Assembly (NCBI RefSeq): GCF_000010065.1
Contig: NC_006576.1
Span: 1 to 32,000, forward strand
Source of the DNA: Synechococcus elongatus PCC 6301
Lineage (GTDB): Bacteria > Cyanobacteriota > Cyanobacteriia > Synechococcales > Synechococcaceae
Reading direction: 5' to 3'
DNA: 32,000 nt
Both the position numbers and the translations under genes were made by a program. Below the pieces are notes generated by a model. That model saw nothing but the letters and a program-made list of their open reading frames with translations, was not told the DNA's origin and did not search any database. This document shows, piece after piece, positions 9,022 to 19,769 of the stretch (within the stretch, counting starts at the first letter, position 1; every line of letters starts with the position of its first letter).

Positions 9022-9786
9022 ATGCAGAGCCAGCAAGTACTACCAGTCGATCAGCGATTTTTCAACGATGGAGCTTGGTACGTTTTGAGCTCAACTAGCT
9101 TGGGGAATAGCGGCTTAGAACCCAGCCAGATTGTTGGGCAACTACAGGGAGATATCGAAGCAATCCAAGCACTGATGTCAGCAGGAACTTGCCTGCCGTT
9201 ATTCTTTCCAGGGGACTGCGCCTTGGATCAAGTCATCATTGTGGTAGGTGACCTGACAGCTGAACAAGAGCGTGAATGGCTGGGTCGCATCCAGAGTTAT
9301 CTGCATATTCCTTGCGGAGAATTGATGCTGTTGGGTGGTGGTGGCTGCGAGGAAGATTGGAAGATCGCGATCAATCACCAAATTCCACCGAGTCCACACC
9401 TTTTTAACTTCCAAAAATTTACCATTCCACCGGGTGATTACCTAGTCGAGATTTATGCATTTCTAGGGAGCATGAATTTTAACTTCCAGTTAGAAGAGAT
9501 TCCCAAGAGGAAATGGCAGCAATGGTTCCACCTGCAAGATACTCCGAAGGCTGAACAACCAGAGTGGTTTAAGTTCTTATTAGAGAACGACTATATCGAT
9601 AGCGATCAATTTGATCTTCAGGAGTACATTATCCGTCTGAGCCCGTTGCAAGAAAGACCTCCATTACCAGCGCTAGATGAAGAAGTTGCTTGGTGTGGGC
9701 TTTATCAATTCCGTCAGCCAGCAGACTGCCCCATGGGTATTTCTCGATCTCAGTTATTGGCGCAGGCCTCTGCTAGCGATCTCTAA
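9022..9786 (+). CDS. Hypothetical protein, 254 aa, in tandem after umuC
   Basis: The ATG at 9022 is preceded by AGAGGAAAAG. It is in frame with the longer track ORF (8836..), whose upstream part overlaps umuC. I recognise no motif. The gene is AT-richer than the core genes and lacks HIP1. Confidence 0.6.
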   Translation: MQSQQVLPVDQRFFNDGAWYVLSSTSLGNSGLEPSQIVGQLQGDIEAIQALMSAGTCLPLFFPGDCALDQVIIVVGDLTAEQEREWLGRIQSYLHIPCGELMLLGGGGCEEDWKIAINHQIPPSPHLFNFQKFTIPPGDYLVEIYAFLGSMNFNFQLEEIPKRKWQQWFHLQDTPKAEQPEWFKFLLENDYIDSDQFDLQEYIIRLSPLQERPPLPALDEEVAWCGLYQFRQPADCPMGISRSQLLAQASASDL

Positions 9787-10342
9787 CTCTTGGGAACTAG
9801 ATCCATCCCGTATACGCATGACTTAAAGAGTGCTTGAGTAGAGCTTTCTCTCACCTTTAACAGACAATTTTCCTAGAAAAAACACACTCAATACATTGCC
9901 ATTGATGGACTATTCACCTGACTCATGCTTCCTAAGTCTAGGGATCTCGATGGCAGGGAACTCTATGGTGTGGATAGAGGGCAAGTGAGAGTCGATAGCC
10001 GGATTCTCAGTACTAGTTTAAAAAAGTCTCAATGATCTTTTCTCCCCTGCCGAGGCCAAGGGCTGATTGAGACCATTCAGCAGAAAACTGTACAGCAAGT
10101 AGAGGGTTATAGAGGACTTGTTACAGCATCCAACACTCCTGCTGTTCCCTGAGCCCTTAATCCCTTCTCTCCACGGGGGAAGGTGTTCTTCTGACCCCTG
10201 GACCTGTCCTAACTCATTAGCCATGAGCAAAATAAAATCCGGCCAAGGAGCTGCTAACCACTCAGGGCTAGCCATCACTCCTTAACCGGATTGTTGAAAC
10301 AGACTTAGCACGATCGCGGATTAATGCGATCGCTTCAGCTCA

Positions 10343-12227
<1,885 letters not shown>

Positions 12228-12229
12228 GG

Positions 12230-12823
12230 TTAAGCCGTGGCTTTGAGGGCGCGGCGATCGATGACGCGATCGATCAGGCCGTATTCAACCGCCTCACTCG
12301 CGGACATGAAGAAGTCGCGATCGGTGTCATCTTCAATGCGGCTGAGGGGCTGGCCGGTGCGCTCCGCCAAAACCTCGTTCAAGTTCTGCTTGATGTAGAG
12401 GATTTCGTTGGCTTGGATTTCGATGTCCTTAGCCTGACCTTGAGCACCACCCAAGGGTTGGTGAATCATGATCCGCGAGTGGGCCAAGCTGGTGCGCTTA
12501 CCTTTGGCTCCGGCTGCGAGCAGGAAGGCGCCCATGCTGGCAGCCAGCCCGACACAAACGGTCGAGACATCCGGTCGGATGTGGTTCATTGTGTCGAAGA
12601 TACCCAGTCCGTCATAGACCGAGCCGCCCGGCGAATTGATGTAGAGGTAGATATCTTTCTCGGGATCTTCCGCTTCGAGGAACAGCAACTGCGCCACGAT
12701 ACGGTTGGCGACATCAGAGGTGACAGGCTCGCCCAAGAAGATAATCCGCTCCCGCAACAGACGTGAGTAGATATCAAAGGCGCGTTCGCCCCGTCCAGAT
12801 TCTTCGACGACGATGGGGATCAT
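12230..12823 (-). CDS. clpP: ATP-dependent Clp protease proteolytic subunit, 197 aa
   Basis: [20 protein letters not shown] (Ser) and [10 protein letters not shown] (His) are typical of ClpP. The gene appears monocistronic here. Confidence 0.95.
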
Positions 12824-12953
12824 GAGGTTCTCGGTTGCTGCACGGTCGGTGAAGACTTCGTTATTGTAGCCAGAGGTGCCCTTCGGTCGTTGCTTGGCAA
12901 AGCGGGCGATCGCGGCTCACAATTGTTCCAGCTCCTGCGCGTCAGTGCCTAAC

Positions 12954-13718
12954 GTGACCTCTGTTCCTACCGTTTCCGATAGCAAGCGTGCCTTCTACGC
13001 TGCCTACCCGCGTCCCATCAATCCGCTCTATCGGCGCGTGGTAGAGGAGCTGCTGGTGGAAATCCACCTCCTCTCGGTCAACACCAGCTTTGTCTATGAC
13101 CCGCTGTTTGCCTTGGGGGTGGTGACGGCGTTTGATTCGTTCATGAGCAGCTATCGCCCGATCGAAGCGGTCGGCCCTCTGTTTACGGCACTGACCCAAG
13201 CGGTTCGCCAAAATCCGGAACAGTATCGCCACGATGCCAATGCGATCGCGGAGCAAGTCAGGGGTGTTGGCAGCGACACGATTCGTCAATGGCTGACAGA
13301 AGCTGAAGCACTAGGCAACGCGCCAGAGCTAGTGCGCAGCAGCTTCCAAGCGATCGCCGGGCGGTCGGAGTTCAAGTACAGCCGTCTGTTTGCGATTGGC
13401 TTGTTCAGTCTGCTGGAAACTGCCGCACCGGATCTTGTGCAGGACCCCGAGGCTCTTAAGACTACGGTGACAGCGATCGCTGAACGCTTCCATCTGCCCA
13501 GTGACAAACTGCAGAAGGATCTCGATTTGTACCGCAGCAATCTCGAGAAGATGGAGCAGGCGCGGATCACGATGGAAGAAGCCATCCAAGCCGATCGCCG
13601 CAAGCGGGAACAGCGCGAGCAGGAAAAATTGGCGAAAGCCGCTGCCGCTGAGGCCCCCGCAGCTCTCGAAGCCTCCAGCGACAATCCCGAGCCTGAAACT
13701 AGCGAAACGCCCTCCTAA
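12954..13718 (+). CDS. thf1: Thylakoid formation protein Thf1 (Psb29)
   Basis: [35 protein letters not shown] matches the conserved Thf1 N-terminal region. There is no in-frame ATG. I prefer GTG at 12954; GTG at 12945 is an alternative, and the track start at 12876 is probably too long. Confidence 0.85.
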
Positions 13719-13839
13719 GGCACCAACCGAGACCAGCGATCGCATCTGACTAGCGATGTCTAAAGCGATCCTGTGCAAAGCAAGTTCGGCTAATTCCCCA
13801 GTGTTAGCATCGCAGGCAATTGCGGCCCGAGGTTTCAGG

Positions 13840-14418
13840 ATGCAGACCCGAAGCTGGACGAGTGCAGCGATCGCCCTTGGATTGTGCTTGGGTGTGGGCT
13901 GGAGCGCACCAGTCTTCAGCCTGACGCCTTCGCAACGTCAGCAACTTAAAAGTCTTGGGATTCCGGTGGTGATTCCCAAGGCCATCCCGACGGGTTTTCA
14001 AGTCAAAAACGTTTCCGTCAAACCCTGCCCTGCCCAATCCAGTCGTAACAGCAGGGGCGTCTGTCGGTTTGGCCCAGACTACGAAATTCTTTACCGCAAT
14101 AGCCAAGGGGCTTGCTTCACGATGGTGGCGGTTGGGGGTGGGATCGGTGGCGTTGACCAAACCTACGGCTATGAGGTCGCAGTGCCATTGTTCCGTGAGC
14201 GCGTCATGCTTTGGTTTGGCGACCTCAACACCAACACTCCTTACCGCACGCCGACAGAGCAGCAACGACAACAATCCCAGTCCAATCTACGTTCCGATTG
14301 GCTGGGCAAGGGGCCTTTCTACGGCGTCAGCTACGTCCAGAGAGAGCCCCAATGTCGTCGGGGTATCTCCCCAAAGCAGGCTGAGCAGGTTTTGCGATCG
14401 CTGCAGTTTCTGCGCTAG
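13840..14418 (+). CDS. Hypothetical secreted protein, 192 aa
   Basis: The ATG at 13840 gives MQTRSWTSAAIALGLCLGVGWSAPVFS, which looks like a Sec-type signal peptide. I do not recognise the rest. Confidence 0.6.
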   Translation: MQTRSWTSAAIALGLCLGVGWSAPVFSLTPSQRQQLKSLGIPVVIPKAIPTGFQVKNVSVKPCPAQSSRNSRGVCRFGPDYEILYRNSQGACFTMVAVGGGIGGVDQTYGYEVAVPLFRERVMLWFGDLNTNTPYRTPTEQQRQQSQSNLRSDWLGKGPFYGVSYVQREPQCRRGISPKQAEQVLRSLQFLR

Positions 14419-14433
14419 TGACAGCCCAGAAAC

Positions 14434-15384
14434 CTAGACAGCAATCCGCGATCGCTTCGTCAGGTTGCGGAGCTTACGCAGCGCTTTGACCTCAACTTGG
14501 CGGACCCGCTCGCGCGAGACTTCCATCATCCGGCCGATTTCAGCGAGGGTATGACGTTCGCCATCACCCAGTCCAAAGCGGAGATAGAGCACCTGGCGCT
14601 CTTGGGGCGTGAGATGCTCGAGCCAAGCATCAAGCTGCTCGCGCTGCATGGCATTTTCCATGATGTCCATGGGCTCATTGCCGTTGGGATCAGCAATCAG
14701 CTCACCCAGGAAACTCTTGCCATCTTCACCACTGACTGGAGCATCTAGGCTGGTGCATTGGCGCGACTGACGCAGAATTGTTTCGAGGTCATTCAGTGGC
14801 AACTGAACCGCTTCTGCAATTTCTTGGCGAGAGGGCAAACGGCCTAGCTCGTGCGCCAGTTCCCGAGTCACTTTGCGGATTTGGCTCAGCCGTTCAGTCA
14901 AGTGAACCGGCAGGCGAATAGTGCGCGATTGGCAGGCGATCGCCCTTGTCATGCTCTGGCGAATCCACCAAAAGGCATAGGTGGAAAACTTGTAGCCCTT
15001 GGAGGGGTCAAATTTCTCGACAGCACGTTCTAGCCCGAGAGCGCCTTCTTGGATCAGGTCAAGAAACTCAAGACCCTTACCTTGGTACTTTTTGGCCACA
15101 GAGACCACAAGACGCAAGTTGGCCTTGATCATCCGTTCCTTAGCACGCTGCCCCAGCTGGATCGCTGCGGTTTCGGCCTCAGTAAACGTGCGATCGCTAG
15201 AAGTTTCTTCCAGCAGGTTCATCATCACCTGCACTTTCTGCCCCAGCTCGATCTCCTGATCGGCGGTGAGCAATGGAATCCGACCGATGGAGCTGAGATA
15301 CCAACTGACGTTATCTCTTGTTCGTCGCTGAGCCGTCGCGACAGCATGAGCCGAAGCACTCGCCATACGCACCCCCGAAAGCAT
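14434..15384 (-). CDS. Group-2 sigma-70 factor (RpoD-like), 316 aa
   Basis: The region 2 rpoD box (DLIQEGALGLERAVEKFDPSKGYKFSTYAFWWIRQSMTRAI) and the region 4.2 HTH (LAEIGRMMEVSRERVRQVEVKALRKLR) are present. There is no long region 1.1. It may be rpoD4 of S. elongatus, but I am not sure. Confidence 0.9.
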   Translation of the reverse strand: MLSGVRMASASAHAVATAQRRTRDNVSWYLSSIGRIPLLTADQEIELGQKVQVMMNLLEETSSDRTFTEAETAAIQLGQRAKERMIKANLRLVVSVAKKYQGKGLEFLDLIQEGALGLERAVEKFDPSKGYKFSTYAFWWIRQSMTRAIACQSRTIRLPVHLTERLSQIRKVTRELAHELGRLPSRQEIAEAVQLPLNDLETILRQSRQCTSLDAPVSGEDGKSFLGELIADPNGNEPMDIMENAMQREQLDAWLEHLTPQERQVLYLRFGLGDGERHTLAEIGRMMEVSRERVRQVEVKALRKLRNLTKRSRIAV

Positions 15385-15570
15385 TAAGAGAAAAATGCAG
15401 CAAGAAGTTGATTTTAACCAAGGCTCTTAAGGTTATCTTCAGATCAGGAATGTGTCGAAAATGTAAGAGGGATTACAGTTTCTTCACTTCTCCATGATTT
15501 TTAAATAACTACAGCTTAACGAAGTTCTGCCATCCTTGGGGCATTCTGCTGAGTTCTGAAAAATTTCTGT

Positions 15571-15756
15571 ATGGCTGACTACAAGTTACCCGCGCCTTTC
15601 TTCGTAGAAGTGAATGGTCAATTCTTAGAGTTTTGCGACCGCCAGTCGGCGCTTGAGTTCCTGCAAAAGCTCTACCAGCCGAAAGAGCAGCAGTGGCGGG
15701 TTATCGATCGGCTAGGGAGCACTCGCGGTCAAACCCAAATCAGTGTCTCGAAATAG
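15571..15756 (+). CDS. Small hypothetical protein, 61 aa
   Basis: This is an ATG ORF with non-repetitive composition, divergent from the sigma gene. I see no motif and no clear Shine-Dalgarno sequence. Confidence 0.4.
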   Translation: MADYKLPAPFFVEVNGQFLEFCDRQSALEFLQKLYQPKEQQWRVIDRLGSTRGQTQISVSK

Positions 15757-16173
15757 TTGCCTTGATAAATATTGTTGATTTTAGTGATTAAAAAGTAAGA
15801 CCTCTCAACATCACGAAATCAACGATCGCATCATCAGTTTTTTACAATCTCGTTACTCATTCGATTGCGACCGCTGGTCTCAGTCGCTGTTGGGCGGGGC
15901 CTAGGGTCTTGCCCTTTTGTCTTGCTAAAGTGGGGCGATGCTGAACTCCACTTCTGACCTCTCACAGCCCTGTGCTCTAACCGATCCTGCTACTAATCCA
16001 ACCTTGCAAGGGCGGCCTGACTCGCGGCAAGTTGAGAAAATCCCTGGCTACACACAGCCCGTCCATGTGATCGCTCTATGCGACTGGAGAACTAAGCGAT
16101 CGCACGTCTGCAGGTTGTGTGGGGTATTCGGTCAAGCAGCTTTGGCTGGGAATTGGGCTCTCGGAAATCCGTC

Positions 16174-17241
16174 ATGAGTGTGGGTCATCCCATCTCGCCC
16201 GATAACAGCCCCCACCATGCAACCCTCATTGTCAGCGGAGGCATCCTGCAGCTGGTGGGTCAGTTCGCTGCGTTGGCTGCTGCGGGCAGCCCAGACTCGG
16301 TGGATGTAGTGCTCACTGGTGCCTATGGTGCAGAGCGACGCCAGTGGGTCGAGCAGCATCTCCAAGCATGGCTCTCTTGGCGCGATCGTGGCGATCGCTG
16401 GCTCAGTCCCGAGGCGGCAGCATCTCAGCCCTATCGACGGGTGCTGATTAATGTCGAGTGGCAAGCAAAACAGCGTCAGTTTCTCAGCAACCGGCCCGAG
16501 ACCTGGATCTGTGGCGATAGTTTGGGTTTCTACTATCGTCAGCGTGATGAAGTGCAAGCGTGCCTGCAATCCTTGCTAGAGCTATCACTGCGTTCGCGAT
16601 CATCGCGGCAGCGACGCTATGTCCTCAGTCATCGGCCTTGCTGGTACAACCATCCGCCTCAGCGCTGGCAATGGGTGGCCCCCCAGTTTTATCGACAGAT
16701 TTGGCAGGATTATCAGCAGTTTTGCTGGCATGCCACGGAGTTTCCGCAACAATGGCAAGCTGCGACAGAACATCTACCCCAAGATCTCGACCCCATTCTG
16801 TTGTTATTACCCAATCTGTTGCCACAGCTGCGGCAGCCTGAGGACTTTTGGCTCCTGCTGACTGATTGGTGCCAACCGCTGCTCAAAACCCCTCGGCCAG
16901 TTTTGCTGAAGCTACATCCACGCTTCAAGGCACTCGACGTAGCGGATTGGATTGCTGCGCAGGACTGGTGCGATCGCATTCAGTGCCTGCCAGAGTCCCT
17001 CGGTGGCTACCCTGCGGAATTGATGATTGCGGCTTTGCGCCAATCTGGTTGGCAACCAACGGTCTATTCCCTCTCTACTGCCAATGTGAATAGTCGCCTC
17101 TTGCTCAACTGGCCCTGTCGTAGTTTTTCACTGCGATCGCTACGTCCCTATCGCGGAAGTTGGCAGCGCTGGCTCCACCTTCGACTACACTGGGCACGCA
17201 TTCAGGCGGCCGAGCGATCGCTCCAGTCGCTAGAACCGTAA
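16174..17241 (+). CDS. Hypothetical protein, 355 aa; possible glycosyltransferase-like enzyme
   Basis: The ATG at 16174 is the first ATG in the track ORF. The gene is HIP1-rich, which suggests a native gene. LLKLHPRF resembles the HP motif of sialyl/capsule-type transferases, but this is weak. Its stop is 12 nt before the next gene. Confidence 0.6.
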   Translation: MSVGHPISPDNSPHHATLIVSGGILQLVGQFAALAAAGSPDSVDVVLTGAYGAERRQWVEQHLQAWLSWRDRGDRWLSPEAAASQPYRRVLINVEWQAKQRQFLSNRPETWICGDSLGFYYRQRDEVQACLQSLLELSLRSRSSRQRRYVLSHRPCWYNHPPQRWQWVAPQFYRQIWQDYQQFCWHATEFPQQWQAATEHLPQDLDPILLLLPNLLPQLRQPEDFWLLLTDWCQPLLKTPRPVLLKLHPRFKALDVADWIAAQDWCDRIQCLPESLGGYPAELMIAALRQSGWQPTVYSLSTANVNSRLLLNWPCRSFSLRSLRPYRGSWQRWLHLRLHWARIQAAERSLQSLEP

Positions 17242-17253
17242 CAAGGAGGTGGC

Positions 17254-17928
17254 ATGCTGCGATCGCTATTGCGAGGACTTCGCCGTCGTTGGTCTTGGCA
17301 TCAACCCGCTTGGCGCGCCCGGTTTTACCAGTGGCTCTACCCGCAGATTCAGGCCGATCGTGTCGGCCGCCACCTGCAGCTCAGCGGTGAGGAGCGGATT
17401 TGGATTGCCCCGGGCTGCATCATTCACGATGAGGTAGAGCTCGTTGCAAAAGCAGGAGCCCGTATTCGCATTGGCCCAGGCTGCACCCTCTATCCGCGCA
17501 CTAAACTCTTGGCCTATTCAGGCGATCTCGTGCTGGAAGGGGATGTCTCGGTGAACTCCTTCGCGATCGTGTTTGCCAACAGCGGAACTAGCATTGGACG
17601 CATGACCCGCATCGCCTCTCATGCAGTCATCAACCCGACAGAGCATCGCTACGATGATCCCACCCGCCCAATTGATGACCAGCCCATTTCCAATCGACCA
17701 GTTCAAATTGGTGCAGACTGCTGGATCTGTACGGCAGCGATCGTTAGGGGGGGGACCCAGTTAGGCGATGGCAGTATCGTAGGAGCCCAAGCTTTAACGA
17801 GGGGAAGCTATCCAGCAGGGTCCGTCCTCGTTGGATCTCCAGCACGAATTCTGAAGCAACGCACAGTGTTGGCTGATCCGACGCAGCAACAGACGAGCCT
17901 AGCGATTGAGCATCAGGATGCCCTCTAA
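17254..17928 (+). CDS. Hexapeptide-repeat (left-handed beta-helix) O-acetyltransferase, WcaF/Maa-like
   Basis: AAGGAGG lies 8 nt upstream of the ATG. Hexapeptide repeats are visible in IGPGCTLYP..., IGRMTRIASHAVI and IGADCWICTAAIVRGGTQLGDGSIVGAQALT. Confidence 0.85.
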   Translation: MLRSLLRGLRRRWSWHQPAWRARFYQWLYPQIQADRVGRHLQLSGEERIWIAPGCIIHDEVELVAKAGARIRIGPGCTLYPRTKLLAYSGDLVLEGDVSVNSFAIVFANSGTSIGRMTRIASHAVINPTEHRYDDPTRPIDDQPISNRPVQIGADCWICTAAIVRGGTQLGDGSIVGAQALTRGSYPAGSVLVGSPARILKQRTVLADPTQQQTSLAIEHQDAL

Positions 17929-18243
17929 GAAGCTGTTGCATAGGAAAGGTGAAGAGGGAGCCATTACTCACGGGACTGTCGCTGGATGATCTGAAAGCTG
18001 GCCTCTTGGGCAGAAGCCGTCCATTCTCTCGGAGCGATCGCTGCTTGGCGACGACTTGCAGCGATCAGCTTGAGTTTGATCATTCCCTCGTTACGCTGAA
18101 GGCATGGTCAAACCCCGAGCTTTTCTCTACATCGGAGACTGCTGTTACTGCTTGTTTGCCAACGACTATCCCATGCAGTTCTGTTTGGCACGGGGCACAG
18201 CACCAGAAGGCGATCGCTGTCTGAACTTTCGCTCGATGCATAA

Positions 18244-18546
18244 GTGGCTCTTGAAAAAGTAAAGGCCCGTTGTCCACGTTTAAGTCTGGATTCTTTGGGC
18301 ATTAAAGCTGGAGATACTCTTACTTGTTCACGAGATGAGGCGCTCACCGCTACTGTTGTCAGTGGAGGCAAAGTTGATTTTCAAGGAGAAGTTCTTAGTC
18401 TTTCAGCCGCTGCCCTTAAAGCTCTTCATGGTGTTGGTTATAAAACATCTGCAGCAAGTGGTTCAAAGTATTGGATGTTTGATGGTGAATTGCTCAATGA
18501 AAGGCGCCGTAATGTAGAGTTAGATCAATTTTGTAAAATTATATAA
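18244..18546 (+). CDS. Small hypothetical protein, 100 aa
   Basis: GTG start, AT-rich. The segment VDFQGEVLSLSAAALKALHGVGYKTSAASGSKYWMFDGELL loosely recalls small domains attached to restriction- or defence-associated proteins (DUF4357-like). That assignment is unverified. Confidence 0.45.
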   Translation: MALEKVKARCPRLSLDSLGIKAGDTLTCSRDEALTATVVSGGKVDFQGEVLSLSAAALKALHGVGYKTSAASGSKYWMFDGELLNERRRNVELDQFCKII

Positions 18547-18579
18547 AGCAATGTCTAGATAGTAGTGTATCTGATTTAA

Positions 18580-18625
18580 TAATGCCCCCAAGATGACTGT
18601 GTAAGTCTATTCCCGAGGGCATTTT
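18580..18625. terminator. Candidate bidirectional hairpin terminator between convergent genes
   Basis: AATGCCC (18580-18586) pairs with GGGCATT (18616-18622). There is a partly paired interior (GACT/AGTC), and the stem is followed by TTTTT on the plus strand. Confidence 0.35.
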
Positions 18626-18668
18626 TACGCACGAGCTAGGGGCATCCCGCTATAGCTTAATTGCTCGA

Positions 18669-18830
18669 CTAGGCGTAAGCAGCTCCTATCATTTCGTCGT
18701 TAGAAACTAATCCCTTCTTGACTAGCTTTTCGGCGAGTGCTAGAAGTAAAGCTGCTTTCCGCTCATCTCCACAACGAAGAGCTTGTTTGCGTTCAGAAAT
18801 TAACTCGAAGTAGTAGTATCTCTTTGCCAT
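18669..18830 (-). CDS. Small protein, 53 aa (paralogue A)
   Basis: Below the ORF-track cutoff. AAGGAG lies 8 nt upstream of the ATG at 18830. Translation: MAKRYYYFELISERKQALRCGDERKAALLLALAEKLVKKGLVSNDEMIGAAYA. It is 72 percent identical to the neighbouring 53-aa ORF. Confidence 0.6.
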   Translation of the reverse strand: MAKRYYYFELISERKQALRCGDERKAALLLALAEKLVKKGLVSNDEMIGAAYA

Positions 18831-18943
18831 TCTTTCTCTCCTTGTTTGACCATCAAAACATCTGTAAAATTGATGAGAAATCTAAAAAGTTAGAGCTAAT
18901 CCTTTAATCATGACTTCACATTAGAAGAGATCACCAAAGAATT

Positions 18944-19105
18944 CTAAATATAAGCACCTGCTAACAATTCATCATCAGAGACCAAGTCTTTCTCGACTAG
19001 CTTTTCAGCCAGTGCTAATAGTAATGCTGCCTTTCGTTCATCCCCACAGAACAGAGCCTGCTTCCGTTCAGCCATTAAATCAACGTAGGAATATTTCTTA
19101 GCCAT
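18944..19105 (-). CDS. Small protein, 53 aa (paralogue B)
   Basis: Below the ORF-track cutoff. GAGAGG lies upstream of the ATG at 19105. Translation: MAKKYSYVDLMAERKQALFCGDERKAALLLALAEKLVEKDLVSDDELLAGAYI. The 18-residue core is identical to paralogue A despite 9 synonymous nucleotide differences. Confidence 0.6.
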   Translation of the reverse strand: MAKKYSYVDLMAERKQALFCGDERKAALLLALAEKLVEKDLVSDDELLAGAYI

Positions 19106-19150
19106 CGGTATGACCTCTCTGGTAAATGAATAATTGGATATTAGATCTTA

Positions 19151-19657
19151 TCAATCGATTTGACTGGGTAATGCCTCTAGTAGATCAATCAAGAAAGTAG
19201 TGACGGTTTCATCTTGATCCAGCTGAAGGGTGCCAGTCTCTAGACCCTCTAGGTAATTCACCAGATCATCACGATTAACAATTACAGGCGTCAGCTTTTG
19301 CTCGTAAAACCACCGATTGACTAACCCCTCAAAACGAAGTCTGAGGACTTGTTTTTCTGCAAGAGCTTTCTCTTGGTTCAGTCTTTCAATCTCATCTTCT
19401 AACTCTTTGACACGGTCGTTCTCTTCTTTTTTAATCCTGGGTCGCCCCCGCTTTCGAGGCTTTTCCTCAGAGTCCTCTAGGTCTTGGAAGTCACCATCGC
19501 CTCGGAAACGCCTGTTTCGATCTTCCATCTCTTCTAGAACAGACTGCGCGACTTCTTCGATTTCAGCATCACTGAGCAGGTCTCCAACCCGCTCTTTGGC
19601 CATATTGATTAGCTCTTGCAGCTCTTGGTTTCTCTCGAGGTCTGATTGTTGTGTCAT
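19151..19657 (-). CDS. Acidic coiled-coil protein with a central AT-hook-like motif, 168 aa
   Basis: The ATG at 19657 is preceded by AGGAGATACCCT. The translation MTQQSDLERNQELQELINMAKER... contains KPRKRGRPRIKK flanked by Glu/Asp-rich heptad-like sequence. The longer track ORF (to 19882) overlaps the upstream gene and has no ribosome-binding site. Confidence 0.6.
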   Translation of the reverse strand: MTQQSDLERNQELQELINMAKERVGDLLSDAEIEEVAQSVLEEMEDRNRRFRGDGDFQDLEDSEEKPRKRGRPRIKKEENDRVKELEDEIERLNQEKALAEKQVLRLRFEGLVNRWFYEQKLTPVIVNRDDLVNYLEGLETGTLQLDQDETVTTFLIDLLEALPSQID

Positions 19658-19769
19658 AGGGTATCTCCTGTTTCTTGAATGGATAGTTTGGATCATCGAG
19701 ATCCAATTGTGATGTGTTTGTGCTTGAGAAAAGTGACTGATTCCTTCTTTGAATTGAATAAAATGAGGG

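Noticed and set aside
3857-9797. The octamer TTGGGAAC occurs just after the stop codons at 3857 and 9790, considered as possible target-site duplication or att ends of the accessory block
   Set aside because: An 8-mer recurring once in 32 kb is not significant. The composition shift also continues about 500 bp beyond the second copy.
17949-18277. Track ORFs in the 315-bp native-GC spacer after the acetyltransferase gene (17949..18224 plus strand, 18080..18277 and 18108..18371 minus strand), plus a 39-codon minus-strand ORF at 17964..18083
   Set aside because: They overlap one another, have no motifs, and have weak or badly spaced ribosome-binding sites. They may be remnants of a decayed gene, but nothing supports calling a CDS.
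17900-18700. Looked for a direct repeat of the tRNA-Gly 3-prime end (GGGACTCGAACCCACGAC or its extension) at the far side of the islet, as an attL/attR pair
   Set aside because: I found none by eye, and a partial match inside umuD (7460s) is coincidental. The island boundary therefore remains compositional only. A computational repeat search is needed.
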